This document shows, in pieces, positions 52,666 to 62,882 of a DNA stretch of 64,000 bases. A program made the position numbers and the translations under genes. Below the pieces are notes generated by a model, which made no database searches, was not told the DNA's origin, and saw only the letters and a list, made by a program, of their open reading frames with translations. Where the stretch lies: the NCBI GenBank assembly GCA_965197585.1, contig OZ240215.1, forward strand, positions 1,600,001-1,664,000, written 5' to 3'. The first letter of the stretch is position 1; each line of letters starts with the position of its first letter. Source of the DNA: Dehalococcoidia bacterium. GTDB taxonomy: Bacteria; Chloroflexota; Dehalococcoidia; Plut-88900.

Positions 52666-53469
52666 CTACCAAGGCATATGCCTGTACGGCGAAAAGTCCG
52701 GCTGCCGCTTCTCTAAGAAGGCGTTGCTACCCTCCAGCGCCTCCTCCGAGCCGTAGAACAGGCTGTTCGCACCATGCGCCACCGCTTGCAGGCCATAGAC
52801 CCAGTCCGTCGCCGCGTTGAAGGAGGCCTTGAGCATCCTGAGTGCCGTGGGGCTCTTCTTCAGCATCTCGTTGCACCAGCGCACTGTCTCGGCCTCCAAC
52901 TCCTCCCGTGGCACGACCTTGTTGACCAACCCCATCGCCTCCGCCTCCCTGGCCGTGTACTGCTGGCACATGAACCAGAATTCCCGGGCCTTCTTCTCTC
53001 CGATAATATTCGCCAAGTACACCGCCCCGAACCCTCCGTCAAAGCTCCCGACCTTCGGCCCCGTCTGCCCGAATATCGCCGTCTCGCTCGCTATCGTCAG
53101 GTCGCACAGCACGTGGAGCACGTGCCCTCCGCCTATAGCGTAGCCGTTCACCATGGCTATCACCGGCTTCGGTATCGAGCGCATCGTCCTGTGTAGCTCC
53201 AGTACCTGCATCCGAGTCGACCCCGAGTCGTCCCGATAACCGCCGGGCCCCTTCAACCGCTGGTCTCCCCCCGAGCAGAACGCCCGGTCCCCGACCCCCG
53301 TCAGAACTGCCACTCCCACCTTCTCATCGAACCACGCATCCTTGAACGCGTCCACCATCTCGTCTATGGTGCGGGGCCGGAAAGCGTTCAGCACCTCCGG
53401 ACGGTTAATGGTGATCTTGGCTATGCCGTCGCCTTTTTCGTATATGATGTCTGTATAGGTTGAAGTCAT
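52666..53469 (-). CDS. menB: 1,4-dihydroxy-2-naphthoyl-CoA synthase
   Basis: [23 protein letters not shown] and [12 protein letters not shown] motifs. Confidence 0.97.
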   Translation of the reverse strand: MTSTYTDIIYEKGDGIAKITINRPEVLNAFRPRTIDEMVDAFKDAWFDEKVGVAVLTGVGDRAFCSGGDQRLKGPGGYRDDSGSTRMQVLELHRTMRSIPKPVIAMVNGYAIGGGHVLHVLCDLTIASETAIFGQTGPKVGSFDGGFGAVYLANIIGEKKAREFWFMCQQYTAREAEAMGLVNKVVPREELEAETVRWCNEMLKKSPTALRMLKASFNAATDWVYGLQAVAHGANSLFYGSEEALEGSNAFLEKRQPDFSPYRHMPW

Positions 53470-53537
53470 GTTACCTCCCGGAAGTCAGTTAAATCGAGTG
53501 TGGTAGCTATTTTTGACTCCCCTGCTCACCTGATCTT

Positions 53538-54632
53538 ATGTTAATCACCGGTATCGAATGGCAGAGCGTAGCCGTCCCATTCAAGCGCCCTTTCCGCACG
53601 TCATCGTCCCTAATAGACGCCCGATATAGCTTGTTGGTCCAGATCGAGACCGACAACGGCATCATCGGCCTCGGCGAAGCCCCCGCCTCCCTCACCCGCA
53701 GTCCCGCATCCCTCCGATACCTCGCTACCGCCCTAGAGACCGTTGCCCCTGCCCTGCTCACGAGGCCCCTTGCCTCGACCCCATTTCCCGCCATTCCTCC
53801 ACCCTCTCTCGCCTTCGCCCTTGAGACCGCAGCACTGGACTGTCTTTCCAAATCCGAGGCCAAGCCCCTCGCTGTCTTCCTTGGCGGCTCACCCAGACCT
53901 GTTGAAGTCAACGCCATAATCGGCGAAGCAGCCCCCGCTGAGACGGAATTTCTGGCAACAAAAGCCGTCGAGGAGGGCTTTCGAACCCTCAAGCTCAAGG
54001 TCGGTGGCCGAGACCTCGACGTCGACGAGGACGCCCTAACCCGCACACGCAATGCCGTGGGTGCTGCCGTCAATCTCCGCCTGGATGCCAACCAAGCTTG
54101 GGCCGAGAACCAGGCCTCGCTTGCCCTCGACCGTCTTTCCAAATTCTCCCCCGAGTTCATTGAAGAACCCGTAACCCCACCCGACATCCCAACCCTCTCT
54201 CGACTCCACCTCAACTCCCCCATCCCCATCGCCGCCGACGAGTCCGTCGAGAATGCGCAGTCCGCCGCAACCCTCGCCGAGTCTGGTGCCGTAGACTTCC
54301 TTGTCATCAAGCTCGCAAGAGTCGGCGGTATCACCGCTGCCCGCTCTATTATCGAGCACGCCCAAGTCCGTGGCTTGGGGGCCGTGCTTACTTCCTCTCT
54401 GGAAACAGGCGTCGGTCTGGCCGCCGCGTTACATTTAGCAGCTGCACTAAACATCCCCCAAGCCTGCGGCCTGGCCACCGGGCCCCTACTCACCCACGAC
54501 CTCCTCCAAGCGCCCCTTTCCCCCGACAGCGGCTTCCTCATCACCCCCGACTCCCCCGGACTCGGCATCTCCCCCGACCTCGATGCTATCCAACACTTTG
54601 CCCTCGGGCCTCGCGGGCAAGTCCGGCTGTAG
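53538..54632 (+). CDS. menC: o-succinylbenzoate synthase
   Basis: Enolase superfamily KLKVG, RLDANQ, IEEP and AADES motifs; men context. Confidence 0.88.
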   Translation: MLITGIEWQSVAVPFKRPFRTSSSLIDARYSLLVQIETDNGIIGLGEAPASLTRSPASLRYLATALETVAPALLTRPLASTPFPAIPPPSLAFALETAALDCLSKSEAKPLAVFLGGSPRPVEVNAIIGEAAPAETEFLATKAVEEGFRTLKLKVGGRDLDVDEDALTRTRNAVGAAVNLRLDANQAWAENQASLALDRLSKFSPEFIEEPVTPPDIPTLSRLHLNSPIPIAADESVENAQSAATLAESGAVDFLVIKLARVGGITAARSIIEHAQVRGLGAVLTSSLETGVGLAAALHLAAALNIPQACGLATGPLLTHDLLQAPLSPDSGFLITPDSPGLGISPDLDAIQHFALGPRGQVRL

Positions 54633-55464
54633 ACCCGTTATAGCGGTTCCCGTCTAAGGCGTTTAGGAACTCGCAAACCTTGGTCTCAAACTCTTTCGGA
54701 TTCTCCAGGTGAGCACAGTGACCCGCGTTCGGAATCGAAGCGTAGTCGCCGATGGGAGTCAGTTCACTCATGGTTCGGGCCAACGTCAGGAACTTCTGGT
54801 CATCCTCACCCGCAAGGAACAGTGTCGGCTTCCGAAATTCCGGAAGACGATGGTAAACGGTGGGCTGCGCCCCGGTCCCCATCCCCCTGAGACTGTTGGC
54901 CAGCCCCGTGGCCCGATTCCCCAGCCTCTGCCGCCTCAACTCCATTCGTACCCGCTCTTCCATCCGATCTTGGCTGGCAAAAAGGGCCTGAGACTCCCAG
55001 TGTTCGACAAAGGACGCTACGCCCCGGTCCTCTATCCGAATAGCAAGCGCCCTGTCCGCTGACACCCTCGTCGCCCTCTCCCGTTCACTACCTATTCCCC
55101 CTGAAGCCCCCTCCAGAATCAACGCCCGGCATCGCTCCGGTGCGGTCGTGCCCAGGCATAGTCCAACCCGCCCACCCATCGAATATCCCAGCCAGACCGC
55201 TTCATTTATTTTGAGATGATCGGCTAGGGCGAGCAGATCATCGACACACCGCTCCATCGAATATCTCGCTGGGTCTTCCGGCGCATCCGACTCCCCATGC
55301 CCTATCAGATCGACCAGTACCGTCGTGTACCGTCCCCCGAGTGTCCCAGCCAATGGGCGCCAGGTGCTCAAGTCGCCCGTGAAGCCGTGAAGCATGACCA
55401 AGGGTGGACCCTGTCCTTCAACCTCCACGTTCAACCGGATCCCGTTGACTGGCACAAGCGCCAC
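54586..55464 (-). CDS. menH: SHCHC synthase (alpha/beta hydrolase)
   Basis: LHGFTG, GYSMGGR, LANSLRGMGTGAQ and AGHCAH motifs. Confidence 0.92.
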   Translation of the reverse strand: MALVPVNGIRLNVEVEGQGPPLVMLHGFTGDLSTWRPLAGTLGGRYTTVLVDLIGHGESDAPEDPARYSMERCVDDLLALADHLKINEAVWLGYSMGGRVGLCLGTTAPERCRALILEGASGGIGSERERATRVSADRALAIRIEDRGVASFVEHWESQALFASQDRMEERVRMELRRQRLGNRATGLANSLRGMGTGAQPTVYHRLPEFRKPTLFLAGEDDQKFLTLARTMSELTPIGDYASIPNAGHCAHLENPKEFETKVCEFLNALDGNRYNGSTAGLAREARGQSVG

Positions 55465-55466
55465 GG

Positions 55467-57218
55467 CTAACCCCTCTCCACGCTGCGGAGCGCATCCGAG
55501 GCCGCGGCCCACGCTTCTCGATGCAGAGCCACGTTCCGCTCCCGGGAACTCGGGACCTCAATGATCGACGTTCCTATGTCGGCAGTTCCCCGATCCACGG
55601 CTTCACCAAACTCCTCCCACGTCGAGACCCGCGTGTACTCCAATCCATACAACTCCGCCACTGACCCAAACGTCAGCCCGTGCGGCGTCCCGTAAACCTT
55701 TTCAAAATGTGCCGGGTGCTCAGCCTGGGGCAGGAATGAAAATATGCCCCCACCATCGTTGTTCACGACCACAATGGTCGCGTTTATCTCACTGTTCCTG
55801 GTCATAAGCAGTCCCGTCATGTCGTGGAAAAAGGATAGGTCGCCTACCACCGCCACCACCGGCCTCCTCGCCCCGCCCCCCGCCCCTAACGCCGTCGATA
55901 TCACCCCGTCGATGCCGCTCGCCCCCCGATTCCCCATTACCCTGATATTTCGATGCGAAGCAGGCATGAACGTGTCCATATCCCTCACCGGCATACTGTT
56001 CCCTGCAAACAGGATCGTAGATGCGGGGATGTGCTCTTGGATTTCGTGAAAGATCTTCCCCTCGAAAAGCTCGTCTAACCCTGCCATATGTCCCCCCGCC
56101 CCCTCCCCGACAGATCGGCCGAAACCGACCCACTCGTCGAGCCACGGGGACCCGCCGTCCCGCCCACCGCCACCCGCGGCCAGCCCACGGCAAAAGGTTA
56201 CCGGATCCACCTGCACTACGTCTGCGGCTAAATGATGCGGGTCCGGCCAGCCGGTCTCTGGCACCAGCACGTGCCGTGCGTCCCTGAATCGTGTAAGGAA
56301 CGTGCCCAACGACTTGGAAGTCGGCCAGGCCCCGAACCGCAGCACCACCTCCGGCTCGAGCCTCTCCCACAAACCCTGGTCGCGCAGTATCAAATCGTAG
56401 ACGCTAATAACCTGTGAAATATCATGCGTCCCGCACCTGACTTGCGATAGCGGATCGGCAAGAATCGGATACCCTAGGCTCCGCGCCGCCTCCGACACCG
56501 CTCCCGTCAGCTCCGGATTGCTCTGCGGCCCGCAAACGATCAACCCCCGCTCAACCCCCTCCAACCTCGCCCCGGCTTCCCTCCCCGCCTCCCATCCATC
56601 CGGTGCACCCGCGACCTCTACGTCATCCAAAATTCCCCCACCCCCGGATACCTCAATCTCCTCTCCTGTGATGGCAACTGGAGCCAACGGCTCACGAAAC
56701 GGCACGTTAAGGTGCACCGGCCCCGACGGATAGCCTGCAGCCGTGGCATAAGCCCTCCGCCCGATGGCCAAGGCGTAGTCTGTGAGCCGAACGTTCGCTT
56801 CCGGGACTGGCAGGTCGGCGGCCCACTTCACGTGCGCACCGTAGATTCTGCTTTGCTCGATGGTCTGGTTGGCCCCCCAGTCCACCAGCTCCGAAGGTCG
56901 GTCCGCCGTAATCACTATAAGAGGCGCCCCCGTCAGCCGAGCCTCGACTACCGCAGGCAGCAAATTTGCCGTCGCCGTCCCGGATGTGGTCATAACCGCA
57001 ACTGGCCTCTTAGACCCCTTGGCAATTCCCAGTGCAAAGAAACCCGCAGAGCGTTCGTCAAGGTGCACCCAGGTCTTAATGGCGGTGCTCCTGGCAAAAG
57101 TAATCGCAAGCGGCCCCGACCGAGACCCGGGGCACATGACCACATCTCGTAACCCGGCCGACGCCAACCCCTCCCCCAGACCCCCCGCCATTGCGTAATT
57201 CCGGTTCTCCGTCTTCAT
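55467..57218 (-). CDS. menD: SEPHCHC synthase
   Basis: CPGSRS, DERSAGF, TSGTA, GNRGASGIDG, GDLSFFHD and NNDGGGIF motifs. Confidence 0.97.
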   Translation of the reverse strand: MKTENRNYAMAGGLGEGLASAGLRDVVMCPGSRSGPLAITFARSTAIKTWVHLDERSAGFFALGIAKGSKRPVAVMTTSGTATANLLPAVVEARLTGAPLIVITADRPSELVDWGANQTIEQSRIYGAHVKWAADLPVPEANVRLTDYALAIGRRAYATAAGYPSGPVHLNVPFREPLAPVAITGEEIEVSGGGGILDDVEVAGAPDGWEAGREAGARLEGVERGLIVCGPQSNPELTGAVSEAARSLGYPILADPLSQVRCGTHDISQVISVYDLILRDQGLWERLEPEVVLRFGAWPTSKSLGTFLTRFRDARHVLVPETGWPDPHHLAADVVQVDPVTFCRGLAAGGGGRDGGSPWLDEWVGFGRSVGEGAGGHMAGLDELFEGKIFHEIQEHIPASTILFAGNSMPVRDMDTFMPASHRNIRVMGNRGASGIDGVISTALGAGGGARRPVVAVVGDLSFFHDMTGLLMTRNSEINATIVVVNNDGGGIFSFLPQAEHPAHFEKVYGTPHGLTFGSVAELYGLEYTRVSTWEEFGEAVDRGTADIGTSIIEVPSSRERNVALHREAWAAASDALRSVERG

Positions 57219-57251
57219 GAGGCCTTTGCGTAACTCGGCACTTAACACTCA

Positions 57252-57392
57252 GAGGGACTATATGCCCTTGCTCGGGGGTGGGGCCGGAATCCGCTCACCC
57301 TGTCGAAGATCCGCCTAGGCGGGAGCAGGGTCGAAAGGTCAAGCGGATTCCGGGCGGGGTTCCCATTTGTTGACAAGTTGCGCACAGGTCTC
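57252..57392 (+). mobile_element. Divergent MITE-like element B copy between menF and menD
   Basis: Right end AGTTGCGCACAGGTCTC; internal GGAATCCGCT...AGCGGATTCC stem carrying the same GATCCGCC.AGGCGGGAG insert as copy 3. Confidence 0.55.
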
Positions 57393-57399
57393 TTCATGC

Positions 57400-58728
57400 C
57401 TAACCCAAATTCAGAGCTTCCTTTAGACCGAGCATCTTCAGCTCCGTCTCCGCAAACTCCCTCTTCGCGTCAGATCCTTCCACGATTCCCGCCCCCGCGT
57501 ACAGATAAGCCCGGTCTTCCGTAATTAACCCGGACCTGATAGCTATGGCAAACTCCCCCCGACCCTTGTGGTCCATCCACCCCACAGGCCCCGAGTACCA
57601 TCCTCGGTCCATCTCCTCTAGCTCCTGGATCAAGGCCAAAGCCTTCCAGGTGGGAACACCGGCCACGGCGGGAGTCGGGTGCAACGCCTCAACAAATTCC
57701 AGGATGTCCCGACGCTGGTCATTGGCACCGTGGAACGCAGTAGACAGATGCTGCACATTCTTCAGTTTCGACAGTCGCGGTGTCGAGTCCCATGTAAGCT
57801 CATCACACAGCCCGCTCAAAGCCTGCTCGACCGAACTGGCCGCAAGATAGTGCTCCCGCTGCTCCTTCGGATCGTTTAATAGCGCCTCGCCCAGCTTCCT
57901 GTCTTGCTCCGCCGTCACACCCCGGGCCGCCGACCCCGCATGGCATATGCACTCTAGCTTTCCATCGGCGAGGGTCACCAGTGGTTCGGGACTGGCGCCC
58001 AGAAAAGTGTCCGGCCCAACCCCGAATGAGAATACCGAGCACCTTGCCTCGCCATCCATCAATCGTTCCAATGTCCCCGGCACGTCCATCTCTCCCGACC
58101 CATCCACCGCAGCCCTACGCGCGATCACTACCTTGTCCGCCTCCCCCGACCTCACCGACTCCAACGCCCCTTCCACCGAACGCGTCCATAGGTTTGCCAT
58201 GCCCGAATTAACTACAGGGTCAGCATCGTGCACGGACGTAAATAGGGTTTCCGCCCCGTTGGAAGATAGCAGTCGATTCTCGGTCACCCAGCACCCGTCG
58301 GGAGTCCACGCGTAGCACACCCGGGGCACGACCATCATCCCGTCGGCAAACCTCCTCCATTCAGGAGATTCCTGCGCCTCGGCATCAAACCGGAACCCCC
58401 CGAGGGCCATTGGCCCCGTCCCGGCAACATCCGGCCCCTGAACCACCGCTTCCTCAATCAGGTCGCGGTACCACTCCCTCACCCGCATAAACCTGTCCGC
58501 CCCCGACACCTTGACCCCGCACGCTACCCCCAACCCCACAATAACCAGGTCCCGGTCCCGCTGGGCCCAGAACACCCGAAACTCCTCGCCGGGCTCCGCG
58601 TTTCGGTAAACCTCCGTTGGGCTCGCTTCCTGCCGAAGCAAGCGCGACCGGCTAACGAGTCCGGGCCCGTACTCGGCTCGTGACAACGTGGACGGGCCAA
58701 GAGTGGATGTCCGGGAATTGGGACTCAT
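57400..58728 (-). CDS. menF: Isochorismate synthase
   Basis: KVVIAR, FLGASPE, KEQREH, VQHL, LHPTPAV, RGWY and AGAGIV motifs. Confidence 0.93.
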   Translation of the reverse strand: MSPNSRTSTLGPSTLSRAEYGPGLVSRSRLLRQEASPTEVYRNAEPGEEFRVFWAQRDRDLVIVGLGVACGVKVSGADRFMRVREWYRDLIEEAVVQGPDVAGTGPMALGGFRFDAEAQESPEWRRFADGMMVVPRVCYAWTPDGCWVTENRLLSSNGAETLFTSVHDADPVVNSGMANLWTRSVEGALESVRSGEADKVVIARRAAVDGSGEMDVPGTLERLMDGEARCSVFSFGVGPDTFLGASPEPLVTLADGKLECICHAGSAARGVTAEQDRKLGEALLNDPKEQREHYLAASSVEQALSGLCDELTWDSTPRLSKLKNVQHLSTAFHGANDQRRDILEFVEALHPTPAVAGVPTWKALALIQELEEMDRGWYSGPVGWMDHKGRGEFAIAIRSGLITEDRAYLYAGAGIVEGSDAKREFAETELKMLGLKEALNLG

Positions 58729-59372
58729 ACCGCCGCCTCTTCCGTTTTTGTTACGCGCCCCCCGACCGCCTCTCCCTCCCCCGCCTGAACTCCTATGCCA
58801 TTCATAAGCAATTCACGAACGGCGGGCGCACTTTCCATCAGGGGCGACGGCTTGTCTCGCAGAAGCCACCTGAGGATTATCTCGTTTAGCGCCCCCAACC
58901 ACAGCTGCGAAACCAGGCTCGTATCTACCGGCCTGATCGCCCCTGCCTCCACCGCCGCATCCAGCTCCCGGCGAATCAGCCCCGCGAATTTGTCCCGTAT
59001 CGGCAGGAACTTGCGGTCCATCGCGCGCCCCTGCCCCACGATGTTTACCATCAGTATCTGGGCCAGCTTCCTCTGCTTGGAGAAGGTGGAAAGCAGCGCG
59101 TCTATCGCCAGCGGTATCCTCTTCAGTGGGTCGGTCTCCGACGCTATGGACCGCTCCAACTTCCTGACCAGTTTCTCGCTCAACTGGTCGACAAGGCCGA
59201 GCGCCATCTGCTCCTTGCTTGGAAAGTGGAAGTAAAAGCTGCCCTTGGATGTCCCCGACTGCTGGACTATCTCGTCCACGTTGGAGTTGTAGTAACCCCG
59301 CCGTGCAAAGAGACTCGCCGCTGCATTCAGGATGCGCTCGCGTGCGGTGCGGGTTTCGGTTCTAGCAGTCAT
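58725..59372 (-). CDS. TetR/AcrR-family regulator, translationally coupled to menF
   Basis: ILNAAASLFARRGY...SKGSFYFHFPSK; 4-bp overlap with menF. Confidence 0.93.
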   Translation of the reverse strand: MTARTETRTARERILNAAASLFARRGYYNSNVDEIVQQSGTSKGSFYFHFPSKEQMALGLVDQLSEKLVRKLERSIASETDPLKRIPLAIDALLSTFSKQRKLAQILMVNIVGQGRAMDRKFLPIRDKFAGLIRRELDAAVEAGAIRPVDTSLVSQLWLGALNEIILRWLLRDKPSPLMESAPAVRELLMNGIGVQAGEGEAVGGRVTKTEEAAV

Positions 59373-59392
59373 TGTAGACGACTCCCAACACT

Positions 59393-59447
59393 AGACCGAC
59401 CGGTCTGTTTACTCCGTCAGTCTATAGGGAGACAATCTAGTCGTCAA
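59393..59447 (-). promoter_or_regulatory. tetR-menF promoter with a palindromic operator
   Basis: Minus strand TTGACG-17 bp-TAGACT (59447-59419); AGACCG-AC-CGGTCT palindrome at 59393-59406. Confidence 0.7.
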
Positions 59448-59458
59448 CCGATATCGGA

Positions 59459-60130
59459 CTACTGCACCGTCCCAGCGACCAGATACTCGGCCAACGCCCG
59501 CTCTATGATCCGTTTCACGTTGTACGCCACGTAGCCCCTCTCCACCGACGCCTCGATTGCAGTCTGGGCCTCGGCGGACATATCAAGCATCGAGTAGGCA
59601 ATCGCCTGTCCCACATAAGCCTTCCCCAGATCCGCGTCCAGCCCGATGGCCTTGTCAAAGTCCTCCAATGCTAATCCCGGGAGCCCCATTTCGATGTACA
59701 TGCTGCCCCGGTTGGCGAATGCCTGCGCGTTCCCCGCGTCACGCTCCACAACTTCCGTGTAGTCCGACACCGCGTCCTGCGGTCTTCGAAGCTGGGAATA
59801 TGCAAACGCCCTGTTGTAATAGGCAGCGACCCTCTCAGGGTCTAGTGCTAATGCCTCGTCGTAATCGTCGATGGCGTCATTCCATCGCTTTGTTGCCAGC
59901 CAAGCGAGACCCCTGTCGAAATAGGCGTCTGAGAATTCTGGATCGGCGCGTATGGCTTTGGTGAACGCCGCAATGGAGGCCCCTAGTTGGCCCTTGCTGA
60001 AGAGCTCCTCGCCCTCCCGATAATGCGCCAGTGCAGCCTCAGACTCGGTATCCGGGCCTCGAGCGCCCTCCCCACCCCCACACGCGATTAACAGCAGGAG
60101 GCAGATCCCGGCCAGAACGAGTTTCAGCAT
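59459..60130 (-). CDS. TPR-repeat lipoprotein
   Basis: LLLIAC lipobox; AYFDRG, AYYNRA and AFANRG TPR repeats. Confidence 0.88.
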   Translation of the reverse strand: MLKLVLAGICLLLLIACGGGEGARGPDTESEAALAHYREGEELFSKGQLGASIAAFTKAIRADPEFSDAYFDRGLAWLATKRWNDAIDDYDEALALDPERVAAYYNRAFAYSQLRRPQDAVSDYTEVVERDAGNAQAFANRGSMYIEMGLPGLALEDFDKAIGLDADLGKAYVGQAIAYSMLDMSAEAQTAIEASVERGYVAYNVKRIIERALAEYLVAGTVQ

Positions 60131-60147
60131 CCCACTGATCGGGACCG

Positions 60148-61353
60148 CTAAACTACGCTTTCTTGCCGCAGTTTCTCTATGCGCTCTTCGGAGTAGCCCA
60201 GCACGCCTGCCAGGACCTCATCTGTGTCCTGCCCCAATAGGGGTGCCGCTCTGTATTCAGTCGGGGAGTCCGACAGATTGATCGGGTTCCCGATCATCTT
60301 CCACTCCCCTCTCTGCGGGTGCTCCATGGTGGCTATCATCCCCCGCTCCTCGATGTGCGGGTCTTCGAACAGGTCCTTGGCGTTCAGAACCGCCCCAGCC
60401 ACGACCCCCTGGCTCGCGCACGTGTTCATAACCTCATACTTGGTGTGCTGTAGCGTCCAGTCCTCGACCATCTTGTCCACCTCTTCCTTCCGATTGAACC
60501 GGAGTTCCGAGGAGGTGTAGCGCTCGTCGCCGACGAGGTCTTCCCTGCCGATTATCCTGAGCAGGCTGTTCCACGAATCTGAGATGCTCTCGGTGGCGTA
60601 GACATAGCAGTAGTCATCGAGACCGCCGGGCTTGCACCGGTACATCCGGGAGGGCGCGGTGTTCCAACCGTCGTCTCCCTTTCTCATTATCATCTCGGGA
60701 TTGTGGTAGTACCACATCATCGCAACCCTGCCAAAGTTGAACACCGACTCCTGCATGGAAACCTCAACTACCTGCCCCTTCCCAGTCCGCTCCCTCTGAA
60801 GCAATGCCGCCACAACTCCCAGAGCCGCGTGGTAGCCCGTCCCAATATCCCCGATGGACGTTCCCATCGGTACAGGCGGCCCATCTTTGTATCCATTTGT
60901 GGCATACGACCCGCCCGTGCACTGCGCGATCATGTCGAAGCACTTGTAGCGACTGTAGGGCCCGTATGTCCCGAACCCCTTGACCCGCCCCAGCACTATC
61001 TTCGGATTCACCTCCGACAGCACATCGTATCCCAGTCCTAATCGCTCGAGGGTCCCGGGTCCCTGGTTCTCCGCCACTACGTCTGCATTTCTCACCAGTT
61101 CCAGGAACACAGCCTTCCCCTCCTCCGACTTCAAGTTCAGAGTGATGCTCCGCTTGTTGGAGTTCAGGATCAGAAAATAAGGACTGTCGATCCCGGCAAT
61201 GTCCTGCGGCGCTACCCGACCCGGATCCCCTCTCCCTGGGGCCTCCACCTTGATCACATCCGCCCCCAGCCAGGCCAGAGCCTGAGTAAAGGAAGTTCCG
61301 GCCTCCCACTGTGTCAAGTCGACCACCCTGTAGCCTTCCATTGCCTTTTCCAT
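60148..61353 (-). CDS. Family III CoA-transferase (formyl-CoA transferase-like)
   Basis: TQWEAG, LAWLGADVIKVE, LNSNKRS, IGD and APLLGQDT motifs. Confidence 0.92.
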   Translation of the reverse strand: MEKAMEGYRVVDLTQWEAGTSFTQALAWLGADVIKVEAPGRGDPGRVAPQDIAGIDSPYFLILNSNKRSITLNLKSEEGKAVFLELVRNADVVAENQGPGTLERLGLGYDVLSEVNPKIVLGRVKGFGTYGPYSRYKCFDMIAQCTGGSYATNGYKDGPPVPMGTSIGDIGTGYHAALGVVAALLQRERTGKGQVVEVSMQESVFNFGRVAMMWYYHNPEMIMRKGDDGWNTAPSRMYRCKPGGLDDYCYVYATESISDSWNSLLRIIGREDLVGDERYTSSELRFNRKEEVDKMVEDWTLQHTKYEVMNTCASQGVVAGAVLNAKDLFEDPHIEERGMIATMEHPQRGEWKMIGNPINLSDSPTEYRAAPLLGQDTDEVLAGVLGYSEERIEKLRQESVV

Positions 61354-61529
61354 CTTTGTCCCCCTTTGCTTGGTTACCGGTGGTTGCAGAGCGTATATAA
61401 TCCCAACTGCGCCCCGGGTGAAACATCCGCCTGGCTGAAAGTCCGCCGTGGGCGGAGCGGGGCCGTTACATTCTACACCACCAAAAGACTGCGCCAAGGC
61501 CCTGCGCCCTGGCCCCTAGGGAGGAGAAC

Positions 61530-61964
61530 ATGGCAACAGACTTGAGCTTCGTTTGTATCGCCGTCCACGACCTTCAGGAAGCCTCCGACAGATTCTGCAA
61601 CCTCTTCGGCTTGGAGGTTATGCAGCTGCCCAACGACAACACTCAACTCGGCTACAGCAGCACCTACCTCGGCAACGGCTCCAAAGCCCTCATCGAGCTC
61701 ATCGAGCCCCTCGGCGAAGGCAGTGCCGTCGGCAAGTTCCTTGAAACCCGAGGCGAAGGTGTCTACCTAATCACCTTCGAGGTAGATGACATCCGCGACT
61801 CTGTAAAAAAGGTCCGCTCCCACGGCGGCCGTGTCACCGGCATCCCCGATGACGAAGAGCCCGGCCCCAACGCCGACTACCTATGGGTCCATCCCAAAGG
61901 CACCCACGGAGTCTTCGTGGAACTCCTGCAAAAAGGCTTCGGCCCCCTCCCCGGCGGAAGCTAA
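61530..61964 (+). CDS. VOC-family protein (methylmalonyl-CoA epimerase-like)
   Basis: IELIEP, KFLETRGEGVY and HPKGTHGVFVEL motifs. Confidence 0.85.
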   Translation: MATDLSFVCIAVHDLQEASDRFCNLFGLEVMQLPNDNTQLGYSSTYLGNGSKALIELIEPLGEGSAVGKFLETRGEGVYLITFEVDDIRDSVKKVRSHGGRVTGIPDDEEPGPNADYLWVHPKGTHGVFVELLQKGFGPLPGGS

Positions 61965-62011
61965 CCCCACACTATCCCTATTGATCCTTTGCCCGCTCCC
62001 CCTCCCCCCGT

Positions 62012-62035
62012 AAGGGCGATTCGTGAATCGCCCTT
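62012..62035. repeat. REP-like palindrome; empty counterpart of the IS1182 target
   Basis: AAGGGCGATTC-GT-GAATCGCCCTT between convergent genes. Confidence 0.7.
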
Positions 62036-62057
62036 CCCCTCGCCATCACACAGTTGT

Positions 62058-62879
62058 CTACCCAACACCCACCGTAGGCTGACAAACCGGACAAAAATAA
62101 GTCCCCCTCCCCCCGACCACCATCCTCTGTATCTCCCCGGAACACCCGGGACACGACGCCCCGCTCTTCCGAGGAACCAGGAATATCTTGTCTCCCAAAT
62201 CCTCCGTAGGGGGCGCATCTGCCGGGAGATTCTCCTGCAATATCTCAATGGCCCGCGTCAGTATCACTACTATCGAATCGTGAATCGCACCTATCGACTC
62301 CGCACCTAGCTTCTTCGCCGGTGTCTGAGGATGCACGCCTGACCTGAACAGAATGTCGTCCGCGTAGATGTTCCCAATCCCGGCAATCCGCTTCTGGTCC
62401 ATCAGCAGCGACTTTATCACCGTGCTCCGTCCCTCAACGATTCCCTCCAGCACTCCCGGAGTGAATGAGGGCTCCAGTGGCTCGGGCCCGAGCCCCCCGA
62501 CCACCGACTCCGCATCATCAACTAACCACACCGCCCCAAACTTGCGCGGGTCCACGAACCGTAGGTCGTACCCGTCTTCAAAGTGAAATACCGTCTGCGT
62601 ATACCGGTGCATCTCCTCCGAGGACTCTACAACCCGCAGCGAGCCCGTCATCCTCAAGTGCACTATCAGGGTGCGCGTATCCCTCAGTTGGAATAGAAAA
62701 TACTTCGCCCTCCGGCCCACGTCATCAATGGTCGCGCCTAGAATGTCCTCCCGGAACTCCCCAGCCGAAGGGGTCTTGACCGCCTTCGGCCAGTTCAGCG
62801 TCACCCCACCGACGGTACGGCCCCTTACTTCAGGCGCTATCACCCGACGCATCGCCTCAACGTCCGGTAATTCCGGCAT
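62058..62879 (-). CDS. mutM: Formamidopyrimidine-DNA glycosylase
   Basis: MPELPDVE, HLRMTG, DPRKFG and AGIGNIYAD motifs; C4 zinc finger. Confidence 0.97.
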   Translation of the reverse strand: MPELPDVEAMRRVIAPEVRGRTVGGVTLNWPKAVKTPSAGEFREDILGATIDDVGRRAKYFLFQLRDTRTLIVHLRMTGSLRVVESSEEMHRYTQTVFHFEDGYDLRFVDPRKFGAVWLVDDAESVVGGLGPEPLEPSFTPGVLEGIVEGRSTVIKSLLMDQKRIAGIGNIYADDILFRSGVHPQTPAKKLGAESIGAIHDSIVVILTRAIEILQENLPADAPPTEDLGDKIFLVPRKSGASCPGCSGEIQRMVVGGRGTYFCPVCQPTVGVG

Positions 62880-62882
62880 CGG

